DNA of 59,727 nucleotides from Octopus sinensis (GCF_006345805.1 NW_021832589.1:1-59727), one strand, 5' to 3'. Shown: positions 1 through 13,913, numbered from the stretch's first letter. Numbers and translations: made by a program. The notes: a model not told the origin generated them from the sequence alone.

Positions 1-243
1 CTCCCTTGTTTGCACTTGTGTGTTCGAGGTCGTTGGGAATTCTTGTAGGGTAGAAGAAGAAGAAGGCTGATGAGGAGAGGGGTGGAAAAATTTGGGAGTG
101 CCTTGATTGTTGTATTTTGAATGGTCAGTGACGGCTAGCAGTTGCAGTTCAATTCAGGAGAATATTTCTATTGAGAGGTTTGTTTATGGATTTGCGTAGG
201 TGTTTTAATAAAAAGCATTAGTGATAAAGTTAAGAGGTAGAAG

Positions 244-420
244 GTGGAGAAGAAGAAGAAGAAGAAGAAGAAGAAGAAGATGACGATGTTGATGATGATG
301 ATGATGATGAAGAAGAAGAAGGAGAAGGAGAAGAAGATGATGATGATGATGGTGGTGATGATGATGACGACGATGATGATGATAATGATGATGATGAAGA
401 AGAAGAGGAAGAAGAAGAAA
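244..420. repeat. Compound (GAA)n/(GAT)n trinucleotide microsatellite
   Basis: Directly visible; explains the poly-S and poly-K/M ORFs. Confidence 0.95.
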
Positions 421-563
421 ACAGAGAGGGAGATATGAATGGGTGAAAGTATTGAGGTGTTGTATGACTTGAAGTTGGCATGTTATAGATTATAGCTGTG
501 ATTTGGGCTGATTAGTAATGGATTCTTTGGAATGTTTATATTGTGTATGTATATTTCTTTATT

Positions 564-1700
564 CTAAAGTTGAGGTATATTAATCGTTTGTCGTAGATTC
601 CGTAAGAAGTGGCCTGTATTTTGTAATAAGAGAGTTTCTTTACTTATTCGTTGTCTCGAGGTTGTATCGTCCCTAAATTGGTAGAGGGGAAAATCCTGAA
701 GCCTGGTGTTTTGTTTTTTGCGCAAGTATCTATGTGTTGGCTGAAAGGTATTTTTCTGTTTTGGGGAATTTTTATCTGGGATCTGTGCAGGGCCCATTCT
801 TACGCAAACTATTTTTTGTTGGCCTATGTACTGCTCTTGACACCCGGAGCAGTTTAGTGAGTATTTTAGGTTCTCCGAAGCACATGTGAATTTGCTTTTC
901 ACTGTAACCGTTGTCCCTGTTTGAAGGAGAACTCTGATCCCTCAATTAGATAGTCGCATATCCCGCAATTGGTTCTTCCACATTTTTTTACTGTCGGCGG
1001 CTTCTTGTGTTGAAGAGTGAATTCGGGCTTGTGTTAGGAGACTTTTCATGGATTTAGGCTGTCTCTTGCTTTTTATGATCGTGGTGTTTGGAGGATTGTG
1101 TTCATTCTGTGGTCTTTTTTTAAGAGGGGTATGTTGTGGAGGATGGTGCCGAAGGCTTCGTTATTGAGAGGGTTGTGTGTGGAGATGTATGGTAAGGCTT
1201 TTGGTCGAAGCTTTTCTTTGATTTGGGATGTCTCATTCCTTGATGTTAAGTTGAAGGGGCACGTTGAATGCACTTGTCAAGAAGTGAAGGTGGATAGTTC
1301 CTGGTGATAAGCGTATCTTTTAGTTCTTGTAGTCGTGTGTCTCTGGTGTTTGCATTAGAGACTATAGTGCATATCCTTTTTGCTAGATTGAAGGGGATAT
1401 TCATCCTGGTGTGTCTGGGTGCATGAATTGAATGGAAGATATTGCTTAGAGTCTGTAGGCTTATAATATATGTCTGTTTCTATTACTTATTAGCTTTCTT
1501 AATGAGGATATCGAGGAAGGGGAGTTTGTTGCTGGCTATATTCCATCGTGAATTGGATGTTTACGTCCTCCGTTTAAAATTTCCTGAATTCTATGAGTTT
1601 TTCTATATTTTTATCCAAAGAATGAAACAGTCATGTAGATATCTCTTCCAGTTGTTTTCTATGTAGAGGAGAAAGGGCTGCCATATCTTTCCAGAACCTT
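564..1700 (-). mobile_element. Penelope-like retroelement (Neptune type), 5'-truncated, frameshifted RT C-terminus + Cys linker + GIY-YIG endonuclease
   Basis: Minus-strand translation gives WKRYLHDCFILW (YxDD motif with D>H), KLPFLDILI, ETDIYYKPTDSKQYLPFNS, NIPFNLAKRICTIVS, LPYISTHNP, KRQPKSMKSLL, linker CGRTNCGICDY and FTCASENLKYSLNCSGCQEQYIGQ. Confidence 0.9.
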
Positions 1701-1849
1701 ACGATACAGACATATATACATATATATATACATATATATATACATTTTTGTTTTCTGATTTTGATTTTTCCAGTTTCAGCTCATGAGCTGTGGCCATGCT
1801 GGGGCAACCGCATTTGGTTTGGTACATGATTTTACCTCACGAATGCTTT

Positions 1850-3256
1850 TTAGCAACTGCCATTTGGTGCATGAGAGAGTTCGATGCAGCTGCCCTCATC
1901 TGCACCCTCCTGCCGTGAAGTTGGTTCATCCGGGACACCTGACAGGAAGAGATCCAGTCCTACTTTAAAGACATCCGCATCTACCCCATGCAGGTCCCTA
2001 GGTTCTTCGGGAGGATATTGAAGAGCTGTGGGGCCTCGGAAGCCCAGGCTATCACAGTATCTTGTCCTACATCTTGATGACAAATTTGGAGTCCTTGGTA
2101 CCACGCAGTGGCGCCCGGTTCTGGCATTTGTGTGACTCTCGATGCCAAAGTTTGGGACAAGTCCTTCCAGGATCTTCCAGATATATATTATGGCATATCT
2201 TTCTCGCCTACGCTCCAAGGAATAGAGTTTTAATCTCTTGAGTCTTTCCCAGTAGCTTATATGCTGCACAGAGGCTATCTTCTTCGTGTAGCTTCGTTGG
2301 ATCGCCACAAGTTCTGTGATCAACTTGACACTGGATGGTGACCATAGCTGAGAGCAATAGTCAAAGTGGCTTAGGACAAGTGTCTTCCAGAGGACCATCA
2401 TTGTTTCTTGTTCTCTTGTTCTAAAGGTTCTAAGAATCCATCCGGCCAGCCGTCTACATTTCATTGCCAGTTTAGCAACATGTAAATGAAAGGTCGCGTC
2501 ATCACTCATGTGAATACCCAGGTCTCGCACTGATTGTGCCTCTGGGATTACAATCCCTCCGGGTCCAGTGTATTCATTGGGTATTGCATTCAGTTTTGCA
2601 TGCTGATAGCATAAAACTCGAAACTTTTCAGCATTGAACTGCATGCTATTCTTTTCAGCCCACTTGTATATTTTGTCCAGCTCACATTGCAGGTGCTTAG
2701 TGTCTTCAGGGTTCTGTATTGCCTGTGAAACTTTTGTATCATCTGCATAACTTGTGATCGTGGTTCTCTGCGTGGCTGAGGGCATGTCTGGGAGGGCCAT
2801 TATGAACAGTAGTGATCCCAAAACAGTGCCCTGCGGAACACCGCTCACTATTTGCGTGTTAATGGCTACTACCACCTGACTTCTATCCTTCAGAAAGTCA
2901 TGACGCCATTCTCCCAATTTTCCAACTATGCCAAGATCACGCAGTTTGTGACATATCATTCCATGATCGACTTTATCAAAGGCCTTTGCAAAGTCGAGAT
3001 ATATGACTTCCAAATTTGAGTGGTTGAGCAGTCGCTTCAGCACCCAGTCATAGTGTTGTAGGAGCTGAGTTAAGCAGCTTCTTCCTGGTCGGAAACCATG
3101 TTGGGTGTCAGGCAGCAAGTCATTTTCTTCAAGGAAGGTGATTAGTTTCCTCTGACTTTTGTTCCATGACCTTGCTGATGTGTGAGGTAGAGAGATAGGT
3201 CTGTAGTTCTTGCCTCCGCTCTGGTACCTGGTACCGCTAATCTTTATGAATAGCAT
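1850..3256 (-). pseudogene. LINE reverse transcriptase domain (468-aa open stretch)
   Basis: Canonical RT motifs including YADD; flanking frameshifts show the full ORF2 is broken. Confidence 0.9.
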
Positions 3257-4117
3257 ATTTTACCTTCCTTCAGTTTTCTTGGAAATTTTCCAGTTGCAAG
3301 GAAGCTCTGAAAGAGGAACTGCAGTGGTCTTGCTAGGACTCTCTTACATACTTTTAGAAGGATTGCCGGGAATCCATCGGGGCCAGTATCTGAGTTTGTT
3401 TTCATTTCATCTATAGCCTTTATTACATCGTCTTTCTTTATATTGATGTAATCAATCATCGCCGCCTCTGATTTTATATCTGCAGTGGTGAAGGAGTCAG
3501 TTGGATTGATGATTTGGAGATTCCCAAGGGGTGGAGTGAAAACACTCTTGAATTACTCATTTAGTATTTCACTTACCCTCATTGGATTTCCTGTGAGTGT
3601 GCCATCCCTTTCAAGGAGTGGCCCTATCCTACAGTGCACCGTAGCTGTTTCTTTGGCATACCTGTAGAAAGCTCTGGGGTTAGATTTTATGTTGTCTATA
3701 GCCCAGGCTTCTTTGTCTGCTCTTTCCTTTTCATGCGAGAGTTGCAGACATTTTTCAATTTCCAACAGTTTCATTTTCAGGCGGGACTTTTCACTGCTTT
3801 CAATTTGTTTGTTTAGGCGATTTGAGATTTTTGTACGCCGTCTCATTAGAAATTTCCTCTCTCTGGGGATTTTGCTCGTGTGTACAGTGGCCTTTCTCTC
3901 TGGGACACATTTGTAGCATATGGCTTGCATTACAGACATGAATTGTTGAAGTTTCATGTCGATGTCTGGCGAGGAGAGACGTTCAGGCCAGTTTTGTTTG
4001 AGGATCTCTTTCTCAATTTGTTTCCAGTTTGCCTTATTGAAGTTCAAGCTGGAAAGATTCTGAGAGTTTCTTGTAGGCTGCATGTCCATGCTTTCCTTTG
4101 CCCGTACATGGTCAGCT

Positions 4118-4778
4118 CTACCATTTGTGATCCGAGAGTAGTGTCGGTGTCACTTTCACATTATGGATGGGATCCATATTATTTGTGAAGCAGAGATCCA
4201 GTGTGTTACCTGCCCTGGTTGGTTGGAGTATTACTTGCTCCATGTACAGGGTGTTGATGAGGTTCAGGAGGGACCTCGCCTGTCCTCGTTCACATCGTGT
4301 CATTCCTGGGAGAGAAAGGCCCTCGGGCCATCTGACATTGGGTGGATTGAAGTCTCCCATGAGAAGTACACTTATGTGTTGTTCTAGTGTGACTAGAATT
4401 TCTTCTATTTTTATAAGGCAGTCTTCAAACTTGCCCATATGGCTTGGGGCATCTGGAGGGCGATATGTAGCACACACAACTACGCCAAGTTGCCTTACAT
4501 GTACAATTAGTGTGTCACACACCGAGTTTGAGTATGACAAAAGGACCTGGGGTGTGAGGTCCTCACGGATGTACATAGCAACTCCTCCATGACTCCTTTC
4601 TTTTCTGTCGGTCCGTAGTACAACATACTGTGGTATGTGTAATTCCGCATCCGCTATGTCCGGTTTCAGGTGTGTTTCCGTAAGTGCTATGCATAAGGCT
4701 TGATTGAATGCAACAAAGTCTCTCAAGAACGGGATTTTTGTCCTGTTACTCTGATGTTCAGTAGGAGCATCGAGGTGA
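4118..4778 (-). pseudogene. LINE apurinic-like endonuclease domain
   Basis: TETHL, GGV, YRPP, GDFN, LDL and SDH motifs. Confidence 0.9.
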
Positions 4779-4779
4779 G

Positions 4780-4815
<36 letters not shown>

Positions 4816-4828
4816 CTATATATATATA

Positions 4829-5578
4829 ACGGGAAGCTTTATGAAAATAACAAAAAGACGAAGGCAGGTGGAAAACAAACGAACAATTGTATTAGTATGG
4901 CGCTCAGAAATATAATAAAACAAGTCTTTAACGTTTCGAGCCTACGCTCTTCAACAGAAAGATACACAGAGAGAGAAAAACACAGAAAGAAGGAGAAAAA
5001 AATGCGTGCAGTAGCTAACGAATCAACATGGCGATCTGATTTCGGCCAGAGGTCAAAGATCAAACATGAGACGCGAGAGCGAAATAAGGGAGATAATAGG
5101 GTTGATAAATGGGTTGAGGGACCAGCTAAAAGTGCGTGGGAGGGGTCGGATGTGTGTATGTATAGGGTTGGTGTATGTATTAGTATGTATAAGGGTGTGT
5201 GGTGTGTGTGTATGAGAGAGTATTAGTGCGTAAGATTGGTCGGACGTGCGTATGTATGGGGTTGGTGTATGTATTAGTATGTATTAGTACGTATGGTATG
5301 TATAGGTGTTTGTGTGTGTGTTGAGAGAGAGTATAAGTGCGTAGCGGGGTCCTGGACGTGTGTATGTATAGGGTTGGTGTAAGTATTAGTATGTACTAGT
5401 ATGTATTAGTACGTATTAGTATGTATTAGTTGGTGTGTGTATTAGTATGGCACATCATATGTGATGTGATGTGTAAAGTCATGGTGGTGTAGTGAGGAGA
5501 AGAGGGGGAGGGGGAGAAGGAAGGTGAGGAGGGGATGAAGGAGGAAAGAGTGAGATGGGGAGAGAGAGAAGGGGAGAT
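4829..5578 (-). mobile_element. PLE-type terminal (pLTR-like) fragment with HHR motif and internal ~100-bp repeats
   Basis: HHR motif at 4925-4962 about 100 nt from a (TA)n junction; three related GGA(C/T)GTG(T/C)GTATGTAT..GGTTGGTGTA units at ~5148, 5242 and 5354. Confidence 0.6.
4925..4962 (-). ncRNA. Minimal type I hammerhead ribozyme motif (core CUGUUGA, likely impaired)
   Basis: TCTTT-CTGTTGA-A-GAGC GTAG GCTC-GAAAC GTT-AAAGA: stem I TCTTT/AAAGA, stem II GAGC/GCTC, palindromic AACGTT in place of stem III. Confidence 0.7.
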
Positions 5579-5835
5579 ACATATATATATATACATATAT
5601 ATATATATAACATATATATATATACATATATATATATATACATATATATATATCATATATATATATACATATATATAATATATACATATATATATATAAT
5701 ATACATATATTATATATATACATATATATATATACATATATAATATATACATATATATATATACATATATATACATATATATAATATATACCTATATATA
5801 TATACATATATATATTTATACATATATATATATAC

Positions 5836-5866
<31 letters not shown>

Positions 5867-5880
5867 CATATTATATATAC

Positions 5881-5930
<50 letters not shown>

Positions 5931-6002
5931 TACATATTATATATATATACATAATATATAATATATACATATATATTATATATATACATATATATATATA
6001 TC

Positions 6003-6051
<49 letters not shown>

Positions 6052-6153
6052 CATATATTATTACATATATATATATACATATATATATACATATATATAT
6101 ATACACACATATATATATACACACATATATATATATATACATATATATAATAT

Positions 6154-6184
<31 letters not shown>

Positions 6185-6203
6185 ATATACATATTATATA
6201 TAC

Positions 6204-6248
<45 letters not shown>

Positions 6249-6327
6249 CATATATATATATATACATATATATATATAACATATATATATATACATACAT
6301 ATATATAATACCATATATAATATATAC

Positions 6328-6362
<35 letters not shown>

Positions 6363-6367
6363 ACATA

Positions 6368-6402
<35 letters not shown>

Positions 6403-6422
6403 TATATACTATATATATATAC

Positions 6423-6459
<37 letters not shown>

Positions 6460-6479
6460 ATACATACATATATATATAC

Positions 6480-6512
<33 letters not shown>

Positions 6513-6607
6513 CATATATATTATATACATATATATATATAATATATATATATACATATATATATATACATATAATATATATCTATATATATATATATAT
6601 ACATAAC

Positions 6608-6638
<31 letters not shown>

Positions 6639-7010
6639 CATAATATATATACATATACAATATATATATATACATATATATATATATATGCATATATTAT
6701 ATACATATATATTATATGCATATAGATATATACACATATATATGCAATATATATATACACATATAATGCATATATACATATATATATATACATATATTGC
6801 ATATACATATATATGCATATACACATATATAACATATATAGTATATACACTATATATACATATATATGTATATACACATATATATACATATATATGTATA
6901 TACACATATATATACATATATATGTATATACACATATATATACATATATATGTATATACACATATATGTACATATATATGCATATACATATTATTATATA
7001 TCTATATGCA

Positions 7011-7053
<43 letters not shown>

Positions 7054-7075
7054 GTGTGTGTGTACATATACGTAT
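5578..7075. repeat. ~1.5-kb interrupted (TA)n/(TACA) microsatellite
   Basis: Directly visible. Confidence 0.97.
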
Positions 7076-7349
7076 TTTTATGCATCCGCACACTCATTAA
7101 CATTACACACACACATATCAGCTTATAAGGCAAGGCCCTCATATGAATCTCACCTATTTGCAATATTTCTCAATCGTGCGGTCCTATCACCGCGGTACAT
7201 TATACAAGGGAGGTAACTGTTGCCTTACACACATTTTCCAACAATTTATTTCTCCCGTTCTGTATTTCTCTTTCATTATTGTAAATGTATTAACGTAATT
7301 ATAATAATTGCATCTAATTTAGACTTATGGGTATGGAATTAAATCGAAC

Positions 7350-7640
7350 CCGAACACTTAACAGTTGTTTTATTTCATCGATCTCGTATTGGGAAAGATA
7401 AATTTAACTTTGGTTTGTTTTGAACTCAGATCGTAAAAATCCAGATAAATTCCCCCGGAAGATCTTTTGCCTCTTTTCTAACGTATTTACAAGTTCCCTG
7501 AGGAGAAGAGTCTTACTTGATTAAGTCAACCTTAGTATATAGCTGGTACTTAATTTTATCGACTCTGAACGGCGAAGGGCGGATTTGAACTCTGTTAATA
7601 TTTGAACTCAATACGGCCAGAGTTGGAACAAATTAGTGCA
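7350..7640 (-). mobile_element. Two decayed SINE family B fragments
   Basis: TTTGAACTCAGA box-B complement and CTGGTACTTAATTTTATCGAC segment. Confidence 0.5.
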
Positions 7641-7944
7641 TGTTATTTTCGCTGGGGCCCAAACTATTTGACGAGTCCAAACTTTAAACCGAAGATATGA
7701 AACCCGAGGAACGGTTTTGTAGATTAAACCAACCCCAACTTCCGGAACCTCCTCTTGTCGCTGCTGTTCATCTCATTCTGTGTCTCTCCTTCTCTCCTGC
7801 TCTCTCTTTCTCATACTCTCTTCCCGCTGTCTCTCTCTCCCTCTCTTTTCTTTCTCTCCCCCCCTCTCTCTCTCACTCTCTCTCTTCACCCTCTCTCTAT
7901 TGCGCAGGCTTTTGGTGTTTTATTATCAGATTAAACGTAAGCCG

Positions 7945-8132
7945 GAAAGTTGGCAGAATTTCCAGCGCTCCGAACAAACTACTTGGTGCCATTTCATCCG
8001 TCTTACGCTTTGAGTTCAAATTTCGCCGAAATCGATTTTGCTTTTCACACTTTCGGGGTCGATAGTATAAATACCAGTTGCATACTGGTGTCAATGTAAT
8101 CCGAAATGCTGGCTTTGCACCAAAATTTGAAA
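7945..8132 (+). mobile_element. tRNA-derived SINE family B
   Basis: TGGCAGAA...GAGTTCAAATT...TTTCGGGGTCGATA...TACCAGTTG; same family as 24414 and 56470. Confidence 0.8.
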
Positions 8133-8649
8133 CTTATTTGAAACTTTAAGCTTATTCTGTATGCCCTCGTTATCTTTATATGTTTTATTAGCGACGTAGT
8201 TTATTATATTCAGATGAATCTAGCTTGACTATATGATTACATACATTGATCTTCATATTTCTTAATCTTTGTGAAGTCGCTTAATATTATCAATACTGTT
8301 GTCCTTCTCAATTCTCACATTCTAAAAATTTCATTTTTTTTTCAAATGTTTTATTTATTGATTGATTTTTCGATATCCATTATTATCCACTTCGATTAGG
8401 TGGAGGAGTCGTCTTTTTTTGCTGGTCAAATCGATAACAATGTTCTGCCGATTTGATTGACTTCTCTATCTGTGTCGACCCAGCGAGGACTCGCACGACT
8501 CACAGTTTGAGAAGGATTACTCGACTCTCATCCAGTGAAGGGTTACTTTACATTATACTGAAGGATTACTCAATCCATTTGGGAGAGTATAAATTCATTA
8601 TACTTTCACGAGAATGGTATTGTCAGCGACTTCGAAATTTCAACCAGCG

Positions 8650-9155
8650 AAGCCATCATCAGACAGTCCAGAGATGAGCCACTTGACTGCCATCCAAAGA
8701 AGGAACATTCAAATGAATGGGGTTCAAGCAACTAACAGACTCGCTCCAGGTTCCGTTCCACTAGCGTGCTGTCTCCACTTTCTGCCTATCATTATTATAA
8801 TGGTCTCACTTATTTGAGGTTGGCTAGTCTCGTGACTCCACCACTCAGGCGTCCCCGAATCACAAGTCTCTCTCTCTCCCTCTCGTCATATTTGTTACAT
8901 CCACCACTACTCCGGCCCCTACTAACCACCGTGTTCAGTCCCCCACCCTTGTTACTCATCCACCAGACCATCCATCAAGAATCTCCTCGCAGCTCATGGT
9001 TTTTCCTACAGGTGTTGACCTTCAACTCTTGAAACTAAAACATTACCAACATCATTGTCGCCGATCTTGTAAGACCAATAAAGGCCCTGGACACTGCCTC
9101 TTCCCTCAGACTCGGTAGGCATAAAAAAAACGAAAAAAAAAAACAAAAGAAAAAG
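8650..9155 (+). mobile_element. Decayed 3' end of a CR1/Jockey-type LINE
   Basis: HLTAIQRR, YYNG...LASLVTPPLRRPRITSLS and VFPTGVDLQLLK resemble ORF2 C-termini; followed by an A-rich tail. Confidence 0.5.
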
Positions 9156-9846
9156 CGTGCAGATGAGAGGGCGTTACCCAAGACCTATGTGGTCTTCGGA
9201 GCTGCAGGTTTGTGAACGCAGTTAACTCTAGACGTAACGCTGCTTGGCTTGGCCCAAGTTTGATCCTTGTTAGGAACTCTTCAGAGATCGTGCGTATACC
9301 TTTGTCTGTTCATGGAGAGAGATATAGCTTATGGCCATCTAAGACCAATAACGATCATGGCTTCTTTAAATCGATTAATCTGATTTGCGTGATTAACGTT
9401 CTCTGGTTACGAGGTCACATGTATAATGTTGTACAAAACAACATGTAATCGATACCATATGTTTATCAAGATATATCTTAAACTCAACATTTAGTTTATA
9501 TCTTCAAGTGTGCATACATTAAATAAACAGCGAAAGCAAGTTATGCAATTTGGACGAACACATTTGAGGATAACACCAAGTTGAATTCGACATCAGGTCA
9601 TGTTAATCGCTACTTTTCTACCCACAGAGATATAGAGGGAAAAGATATCTGTTCCTATTTGTCTAAAAGTAATTAACTCAAAGCTCTGGCTTCGAATCCC
9701 GGACTGTTAATGGAACGGCTGTGTCTGCCATGCAAAGGCATCGAGTCGAAAATTGTGGTAGCGTGCACCGCTTCTTAACGTAAAACGAAATATATACAAG
9801 CGTACATGCGTACGTACATACATACATATATACATACATACATACA

Positions 9847-9878
<32 letters not shown>

Positions 9879-10107
9879 CATATACATATACATGCGTACA
9901 TACATATACATCCATACATACATATACATGCGTATATACATAACATATATATGCGTGCATGCATACATACATATACATACGTACATAAAGACACACATAC
10001 ATACACACACATACATTCACATATACATGCATACACACACATACATACATACATACACACACATACATACATACATACATACATACATACATACATACAT
10101 ACATACA

Positions 10108-12820
10108 TGATGATTGCTTCATCTTGACCGGTGATAGCCGTCCCATCAACACACACAGCGCAATCCCTCCATTGATGTGTTCTCAGATGATTTTTGAGAC
10201 TAGCTTCTGACTGACAGGGTTTAAAACACAACTGACAGATCTTATTCAAGTTTCTTCTTGGAACCTGTTTCTGAAGGAAGGTTTTTGTGAACCAGCATAT
10301 GTCTTTTCAGTTCAGATATTGTCTTACAAGTTTTGTGACACAAGTCGTAAGAGGCGGTTGTGGAGTTCAAGATTATTATATGTCTGGGCATTTCGGTTTT
10401 CATCTGACTTCATATGATTCACGTATCTTGCTTTTGACAACAGAACACGATCACATAATAAATATCCAATGCTCACTATTGATTACAGTTCCAATTGTTC
10501 CTCTGCGACTGGCCCTTTTTAAGCTATGTTGAATCATCTCTTCTTCCCAGATCATTCCTAACAGCATTTCTTCACTCGTTCCCAACCACTTTCGTTCAAA
10601 TCGAGTTACTTCAGGTTTTCTTTCACAGTCTTTATACCTTTTCTTCGGCTTATGTTGTGGTCGTTAACCACAGTTGAGCTCATCTTAAATCGCTAGTCTT
10701 TCATTCTAACAACATGTCCAGTCTATCTCATCTGAGCCAAGATAAAACTTCTGTATCTAGTATTCCCATTTGACTCTCAAGATACGTCTGAGGCACTTTT
10801 GATGAAATCTCACCAGCGATGTAAGTCTCACTCGAATAAAGAAGTGCAGTCAATACGCACGTGTTATAGACACTGGTTTTTATATAGACACTATTTTTTT
10901 ATATAGAGGTATAAATACCACTATCCGCCCATTCTCGCTTTTCAAGCTTTCCAAATGCAGCATTCCCTTCCCTATTCGATAGTATATCTCTGCATCAAGA
11001 CTTCCATCTCTTGACAATGTGCTTCCAAGGTAAACAAAGGTGTCAATGACTTCTAACCTTGTTCTATTCACAAAAATGTTTGGTTCAGAATATTTATCCT
11101 GGCGCGGAGGTAAACATTACTTTGGTTTTCCCAAGACTAATTGTGAGTCTGAAATGTACACATACAGGGGAAAATCTCTCCATTAAATGTTGCATTTCCC
11201 CCTCTAAGTGTGCCAGCATCATCAGCATCATCAGCATAAAGTAATTCTCTTACAAGTGTTTCGAAAGTCTTTGCTTTGCAGTTAAACCGGGTCAGATTAA
11301 AAATGTGAACAGATGTCCGAAATCTGATTCCGATTTCCCTGTTGCAGTCCTTGAAAGCATATCAAGGTAATGTCGCAAAATAAATAGAGAAACGTGTAGG
11401 GGCAGGAATATCTCCCTGTTTCACACCGTTGGCCACCGAAAATTCACGAAATAGCTCACCATTAAAGACTACCTGAGCTTTTATGTTTGTGTAGTTCCTA
11501 AAAGATGCTCACAAAATGTGTTGGGCAACCAGGTTTGCACAAAACAATCCACAAGGCCTCCCTGTTTACCGTGCCAAATGCCTTAGTTAAATCTATGTAG
11601 TTCTGGTATGGTGGCATTTGTTCCTTTAATCAATTCTCCTGAACCTGCCTCGCAGAAAATATCATGTCCATTGTTCTTCGCTTAATTCTGGAGCCACACT
11701 GTTCTCCGGGAATCACATGTGAACACACATTCTCAACGAGACGATCTGACACGATCCTTGAAAGTTTTTCGCCGGTATGTGCCAGGAGAGTTATCCCTCT
11801 AAAATTACCACACACTTCTTTTGCGCCCTTTGTGTATAGAGATTAAAATGACATTTATCCATTCTTGTAGCAGAGAAGATACATTCCAAACTCAAGTCAT
11901 CAGGCTATGAATTTCAGATGAAATATGATCCTCAGAATTTCAACTGGAATACCATCCAATCCAGGAGCTTAACCCGATCTCAGTTTATAAAATGCCAGAT
12001 TTACTTCTTCAATGGAAGGTGTATCGTTCATGTGTTGCATCGTCTCTCTTTGCGGAATGTTGTTTATGATTTCCATGTTCACTACAGAAGGATTGTGGAA
12101 AAGATCTGCAAAGTATTCTCTCCATCTATTCATTATTCCAGGAGGATCTTCAATAGCCTCATTTCCATCTTTTAACTTTAAGGGAACATATAATGAAGAC
12201 TGGGCTCCAAAAGCTTTCCGCAATAGACTATAAAAACTTTTAGGTTCTTTCTTGTCATAGGCCTCTCAGACAAATTTCTCCACCAAGTGTCTTTAAACCG
12301 CTCAAATTTTTTGCAAGTCGACTTTCTGAGACTTGTACAACTTTTCAAGTTTCACTCTGTGTGGTCAAGAAACTGTGGGCCAAGAAGCTTTTCATGAGTG
12401 GATCTCTTTGTTGCTAAAAGCTCATTTGTCACCATATCATTGGAATCAAACCAGTCTTGGGGTTGACACCTCTTAAAACCTAAAAGATTCCCATGAATCG
12501 TCATAATGGACATTGCTGCATCTCTCCTGAAATAATTGCAAAGCTTGTGGTTGCTTTAGTTGTTCTGCATCAATTCTGTTCGGTACTCGTACACCTGCAC
12601 TACGAATCTTCTTGCAGACCCTGAACTTGAGATTAGCACTAACCATTTTGTGATCAGTTTCACAATCAGCCCCTCGCAAAAGTCTGAGACTCCACAACTC
12701 TTCTATGTCAGCTTTCCCAGTTAATACAAAGTCAATCATGTAACATTGCTTTTGATCTTGACTCCACGCAACCCTATGCTTCATCTTATGATGAAAGAAA
12801 GCATTACAGCAACCAATCCA
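10108..12820 (-). mobile_element. RTE-clade LINE, 5'-truncated and degenerate
   Basis: IDFVL...GADCETDHKMV (EN end), RWREYFADL, CGNFRGITLL...GEQCG...DMIFSARQVQE, LYADD at ~11227-11241, FVYLGSTL, C-terminal CQLC...LKNHLRTH zinc finger, short (ATC) tail. Confidence 0.92.
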
Positions 12821-13160
12821 ACATACATACAGACATGCATACATATATGTGTGTGTATGCGCATACACACAACACACACACTCACACATATAGAGAGAGA
12901 GACTGAGAGAGAGAGAGAGAGAGAGAGAGACAAAGAGAGAGAGAAAGAGAGGTGGGGATGGCTGGAAAACCCCTCCTATATCATAGGGCCAGTTAGTATG
13001 GCTCTAGTAAAAGTTAGGCAATTGGTAACAGTGTCTTGATGAACCGAATGTTTCATTGTTTCGTGCAGTTGTAGTTACGTTTCAAATTGGTCCACGCCAT
13101 GCGTTTAGCGCTGAAACACTTGTCAATCGGCGAAATGTATATGTGAGCGCAACTATATAT

Positions 13161-13217
<57 letters not shown>

Positions 13218-13219
13218 AT

Positions 13220-13621
13220 GAATAAGGATAATATCGATATTTAAATATCGATGTTATCTAGTGGCTAGCATGGGAATAAATACCATACAAAAGTAATAAT
13301 TATTTAAACTATAAGTTAGGGTATCTGAGAGATACCACCATGCTGAAATAGCAGTCAAAACCCTGACCCTAAAACCACCTTAAATGTTCATATCGCGCCA
13401 GGAGAGAAAACAGAAAGGCAAAATAAACTAGCAAAAAAGATTTTACTGGATAATTCAAGATCCTGGATTTCTGTCTTTGCTTCAGAGAAGCTCTGCCTTC
13501 TTCAGTTGAATGTACCAGAAAGCACGAGTTGAATATACCAGAACATTTAAGGTGGTTTTAGGGTCAGGTTTTGACTGCTATTTCAGCATGGGGGTTATCT
13601 CTTAGATACCTTAATTTATAG
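13220..13621 (-). mobile_element. Fold-back PLE-terminus-like element with HHR between ~81-bp inverted arms
   Basis: Arms 13309-13389 and 13541-13621 are reverse complements; HHR at 13453-13511; microsatellite flanks. Confidence 0.75.
13453..13511 (-). ncRNA. Type I hammerhead ribozyme motif
   Basis: ATTCAA-CTGAAGA-[27 nt including GCTTC/GAAGC hairpin]-GAA ATCC A GGAT C-TTGAAT: 6-bp stem I, palindromic stem III, AUC cleavage triplet. Confidence 0.75.
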
Positions 13622-13657
<36 letters not shown>

Positions 13658-13687
13658 ATATATATATATTATATTATAGATGATATA

Positions 13688-13875
13688 TCTTTTACTTGTT
13701 TCAGTCATTAGACTCCGGTCATGCTGGAGAACCACCTTAAAATATTTTTAAGCGAAAGAATCGACCCCAGTACTTATTTATTAAGCCTGGTACATATTCT
13801 ATCGGTGTCTTTTGCTCAACCGCTAAGTTACGGAGACGTAAACATCAGCATCGGTTGTCAAGCGATGATGGGGAG

Positions 13876-13913
<38 letters not shown>

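Larger units (their letters stand above)
1745..4778 (-). mobile_element. CR1-clade LINE, near-complete ORF2 (APE endonuclease + RT) with frameshifts and intact 3' tail
   Basis: ORFs 4118-4813 (ALTETHL, GGVAMYI, YRPP, MGDFN, TRAGNTLDL, LSDH), 3553-4089, 3244-3459 (GPDG) and 1850-3256 (QHGFRPGRSC, YLDFAKAFDKVDH, SGVPQG, YADD, RDLGI, SLERRR). Ends in a short (AAAATC)-like tail; (TA)n on both sides. Confidence 0.95.

Noticed and set aside
60-90. CTGATGAG as an HHR core
   Set aside because: No stem II, GAAA or stem III arrangement follows.
5426-7216. Many long Y/I/M/C-rich ORFs (also near 9700, 29000, 30700, 37450, 42000, 48700)
   Set aside because: Translations of stop-free microsatellites, not genes.
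13030-13130. TTGATGA ... GAAACACTTGTC as an HHR
   Set aside because: Stems I and II cannot be paired.
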